Positions 62,007-64,000 of a stretch of 64,000 bases of DNA are shown in pieces. The DNA is from an uncultured archaeon. GTDB lineage: Archaea; Thermoproteota; Bathyarchaeia; Bathyarchaeales; Bathycorpusculaceae. A program made the translations under genes and the position numbers. Under the pieces are notes generated by a model. That model was not told the DNA's origin. It did no database searches and saw only the letters and a program-made list of their open reading frames with translations. Each line of letters starts with the position of its first letter. The stretch's first letter is position 1. The DNA lies in assembly GCA_963782915.1 (NCBI GenBank), contig CAWALK010000022.1, positions 160,001 to 224,000 of the forward strand, in the 5' to 3' direction.

Positions 62007-64000
62007 ATGGACTTTATCAATAAAAAAACAGTATCTATTCTATTCGCAGCTCTATTAGCAATTTCAATGATAACTACAATGGTACAAATTCAAAGCAGCA
62101 CTGCACATACACCTCCCTATCAGATTACAACTTACGCCAAAGTTACAATTCAACCCGATATTATCGGCGTAGGCCAAGCAGCATTAGGCTACGCTTTCCT
62201 TGGAAATGCACCCCTCCCCGGTTCAACAATGAACAATGCCTACAGATTCCACGACTACACCGTTACAATTACGGACCCTAATGGCGAAGTCAAAACACTT
62301 CACTGGGACACCGTTGATGACACAACCGGATGCCAGATGTTCAAATATACCCCTTCAGTAGTAGGCCAATACAACGTTACCTTCACCTTCGGCGGAATGA
62401 CACTAACATCAGCTGACACAGGCACAGCCGCGAGCATTGGCGACGTTTACCTGCCAAGCACCTCAACATGCACCTTCTACGCACAAGAAGAATCACTATC
62501 GAACTTCCCTGACAGTTATCCACTGCCAACTGAATACTGGACTAGACCAATCTATGGCGAAAACCCAGGTTGGTACACAATCTCATCCAACTGGCTAGGA
62601 ACTGGCTCACCTGTCATTTCAGCAACAGGCTCAGGCCTAATTACTGGCACAGGAACACAATCAGGAATTCAGAGATATCCCGGTGACGCCGTCGGTTCTA
62701 TGACTAGCCACGTCATGTGGACTAAACCAGTACAATCAGGCGGTGTTGTCGGTGGCGACACATACGAAATAAAAGGCGATACCTACTTTGAAGGCTCAGC
62801 ATACATCAATAGATTCCAGAACCCAATCATCGTAGCTGGGATGCTAGTTTACAAAGAACCCCTTTCCTTCTCAAGTGCAGGCGGCGGAGACACAGTCTGC
62901 GTCGATTTACGCACTAGTGAAGAGTTATGGCGAAGCCCAACAATGCCTGCAATCTCATTTGCCTACGTTCCTGATTTTCAGAACCCCAACCAACACGGTG
63001 TCTTCCCACCACTACTAGTCACATCCAACTGGGCACAAGTCTACGACGCTTACACAGGCTATCCAATGTTCAATGTTACTGGCTACAGCGCAGTCGGTGG
63101 TACCATAGTAATGGGCTCAAACGGTGAACATATAAAATACACATTCTTCAACAACGGCACCGCATCAAAACCAGACTGGTACTTATGCAAATGGAACGCA
63201 ACACTGATGTGGGGCGGAATCGGATACCACCCTAACGAAATTGGCAGCACACCCGCAATTCAAACCGAAACAACCACAACATATGCATTGGCTAACACAA
63301 CAACTTACGTCAACAACATAAAAACAATAACAAGCCAAAATGTCTCCACCTCAACAACTGCAGTTATCGCAAACCAGGGACGCCGCTACAACTGGTTAGA
63401 CTCTACAACACAGAACGAATCAATATCCTGGAAGAACCAAGCACAATACAACAACCTGCAATTTACAGTGGTAGCAGCCTACTACAACAACATCATGATT
63501 TGCAGAAACGGCTCATATCCAACTCTAACAGGTGTAACACAGAACGTGTCTGGTACCGTATCATTGACTAGTGCAAACTGGACATACTTCGCTATCGACC
63601 TTAACGAAAGCCACGGTACATTCGGCCAAATTCTTTGGACAAGCCCAACATTCACCTCTCTGCAAGACAAGACGATCACATTTGCTGGATCAGACCCAAC
63701 AGTCAACGTTTTCGTAGAAGGAAACAAAGAAACAACCACTTTCACAGGTTACAGTATGACAACAGGCCAAAAGCTCTGGACAAGTGTTGGCGAAACAACT
63801 TTAGACTACTTCGGTAATCCCGCATTCCCATACGCAAGTGCCCAAGAAGCATACGGCAAACTCTACAGCCTCAACTACGGTGGTGTACTATTCTGCTATG
63901 ACCTAACGAACGGTGACTTGCTTTGGACCTACGGAAACGGAGGCGCAGGTAACAGCACCTCAAGTGGTCTACAAACACACGGCTACTATCCAGGATTCAT
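62007..64000 (+). CDS. PQQ-like beta-propeller cell-surface protein (paralog 4, runs off window)
   Basis: Manual translation: signal peptide, AHTPPYQITT, YPLPTEYWTRPI, HVMWTKP..SGGVVGG, YDLTNGDLLW. Confidence 0.87.
   Translation, partial: MDFINKKTVSILFAALLAISMITTMVQIQSSTAHTPPYQITTYAKVTIQPDIIGVGQAALGYAFLGNAPLPGSTMNNAYRFHDYTVTITDPNGEVKTLHWDTVDDTTGCQMFKYTPSVVGQYNVTFTFGGMTLTSADTGTAASIGDVYLPSTSTCTFYAQEESLSNFPDSYPLPTEYWTRPIYGENPGWYTISSNWLGTGSPVISATGSGLITGTGTQSGIQRYPGDAVGSMTSHVMWTKPVQSGGVVGGDTYEIKGDTYFEGSAYINRFQNPIIVAGMLVYKEPLSFSSAGGGDTVCVDLRTSEELWRSPTMPAISFAYVPDFQNPNQHGVFPPLLVTSNWAQVYDAYTGYPMFNVTGYSAVGGTIVMGSNGEHIKYTFFNNGTASKPDWYLCKWNATLMWGGIGYHPNEIGSTPAIQTETTTTYALANTTTYVNNIKTITSQNVSTSTTAVIANQGRRYNWLDSTTQNESISWKNQAQYNNLQFTVVAAYYNNIMICRNGSYPTLTGVTQNVSGTVSLTSANWTYFAIDLNESHGTFGQILWTSPTFTSLQDKTITFAGSDPTVNVFVEGNKETTTFTGYSMTTGQKLWTSVGETTLDYFGNPAFPYASAQEAYGKLYSLNYGGVLFCYDLTNGDLLWTYGNGGAGNSTSSGLQTHGYYPGF

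Overview
Archaeal chromosomal window, most consistent with Bathyarchaeia (PolD, Elf1, GGGP synthase, aIF5A, Sec61beta, expanded PQQ-like beta-propeller surface proteins). The left part holds a probable replication origin (ORB elements around an AT-rich DUE, beside cdc6 and both PolD subunits). Next to it are three uncharacterised DNA-binding genes embedded in dense, partly helically phased TCAC/GTGA arrays; one encodes a membrane helix, coiled coil and winged helix. The middle has housekeeping genes, a radical SAM fusion and a trehalose/glycogen cluster (treT, treZ, GH57, treY, malQ). The right part has four paralogous beta-propeller surface-protein genes with TrmB/Lrp regulators, a truncated RsbU-RsbW-RsbV-like module, and a small island at an intron-containing tRNA-Ser carrying a PemK/MazF toxin-antitoxin pair. 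Two observations stand out. First, three copies of an unannotated ~105-115 nt structured RNA-like element whose loop is complementary to a Shine-Dalgarno plus start-codon region, matching the surface-protein genes. Second, the origin-linked repeat arrays with a putative membrane tether. A family of dispersed intergenic repeats is also present. Clustered frameshifts suggest assembly indel errors. All calls are by eye, without database searches.
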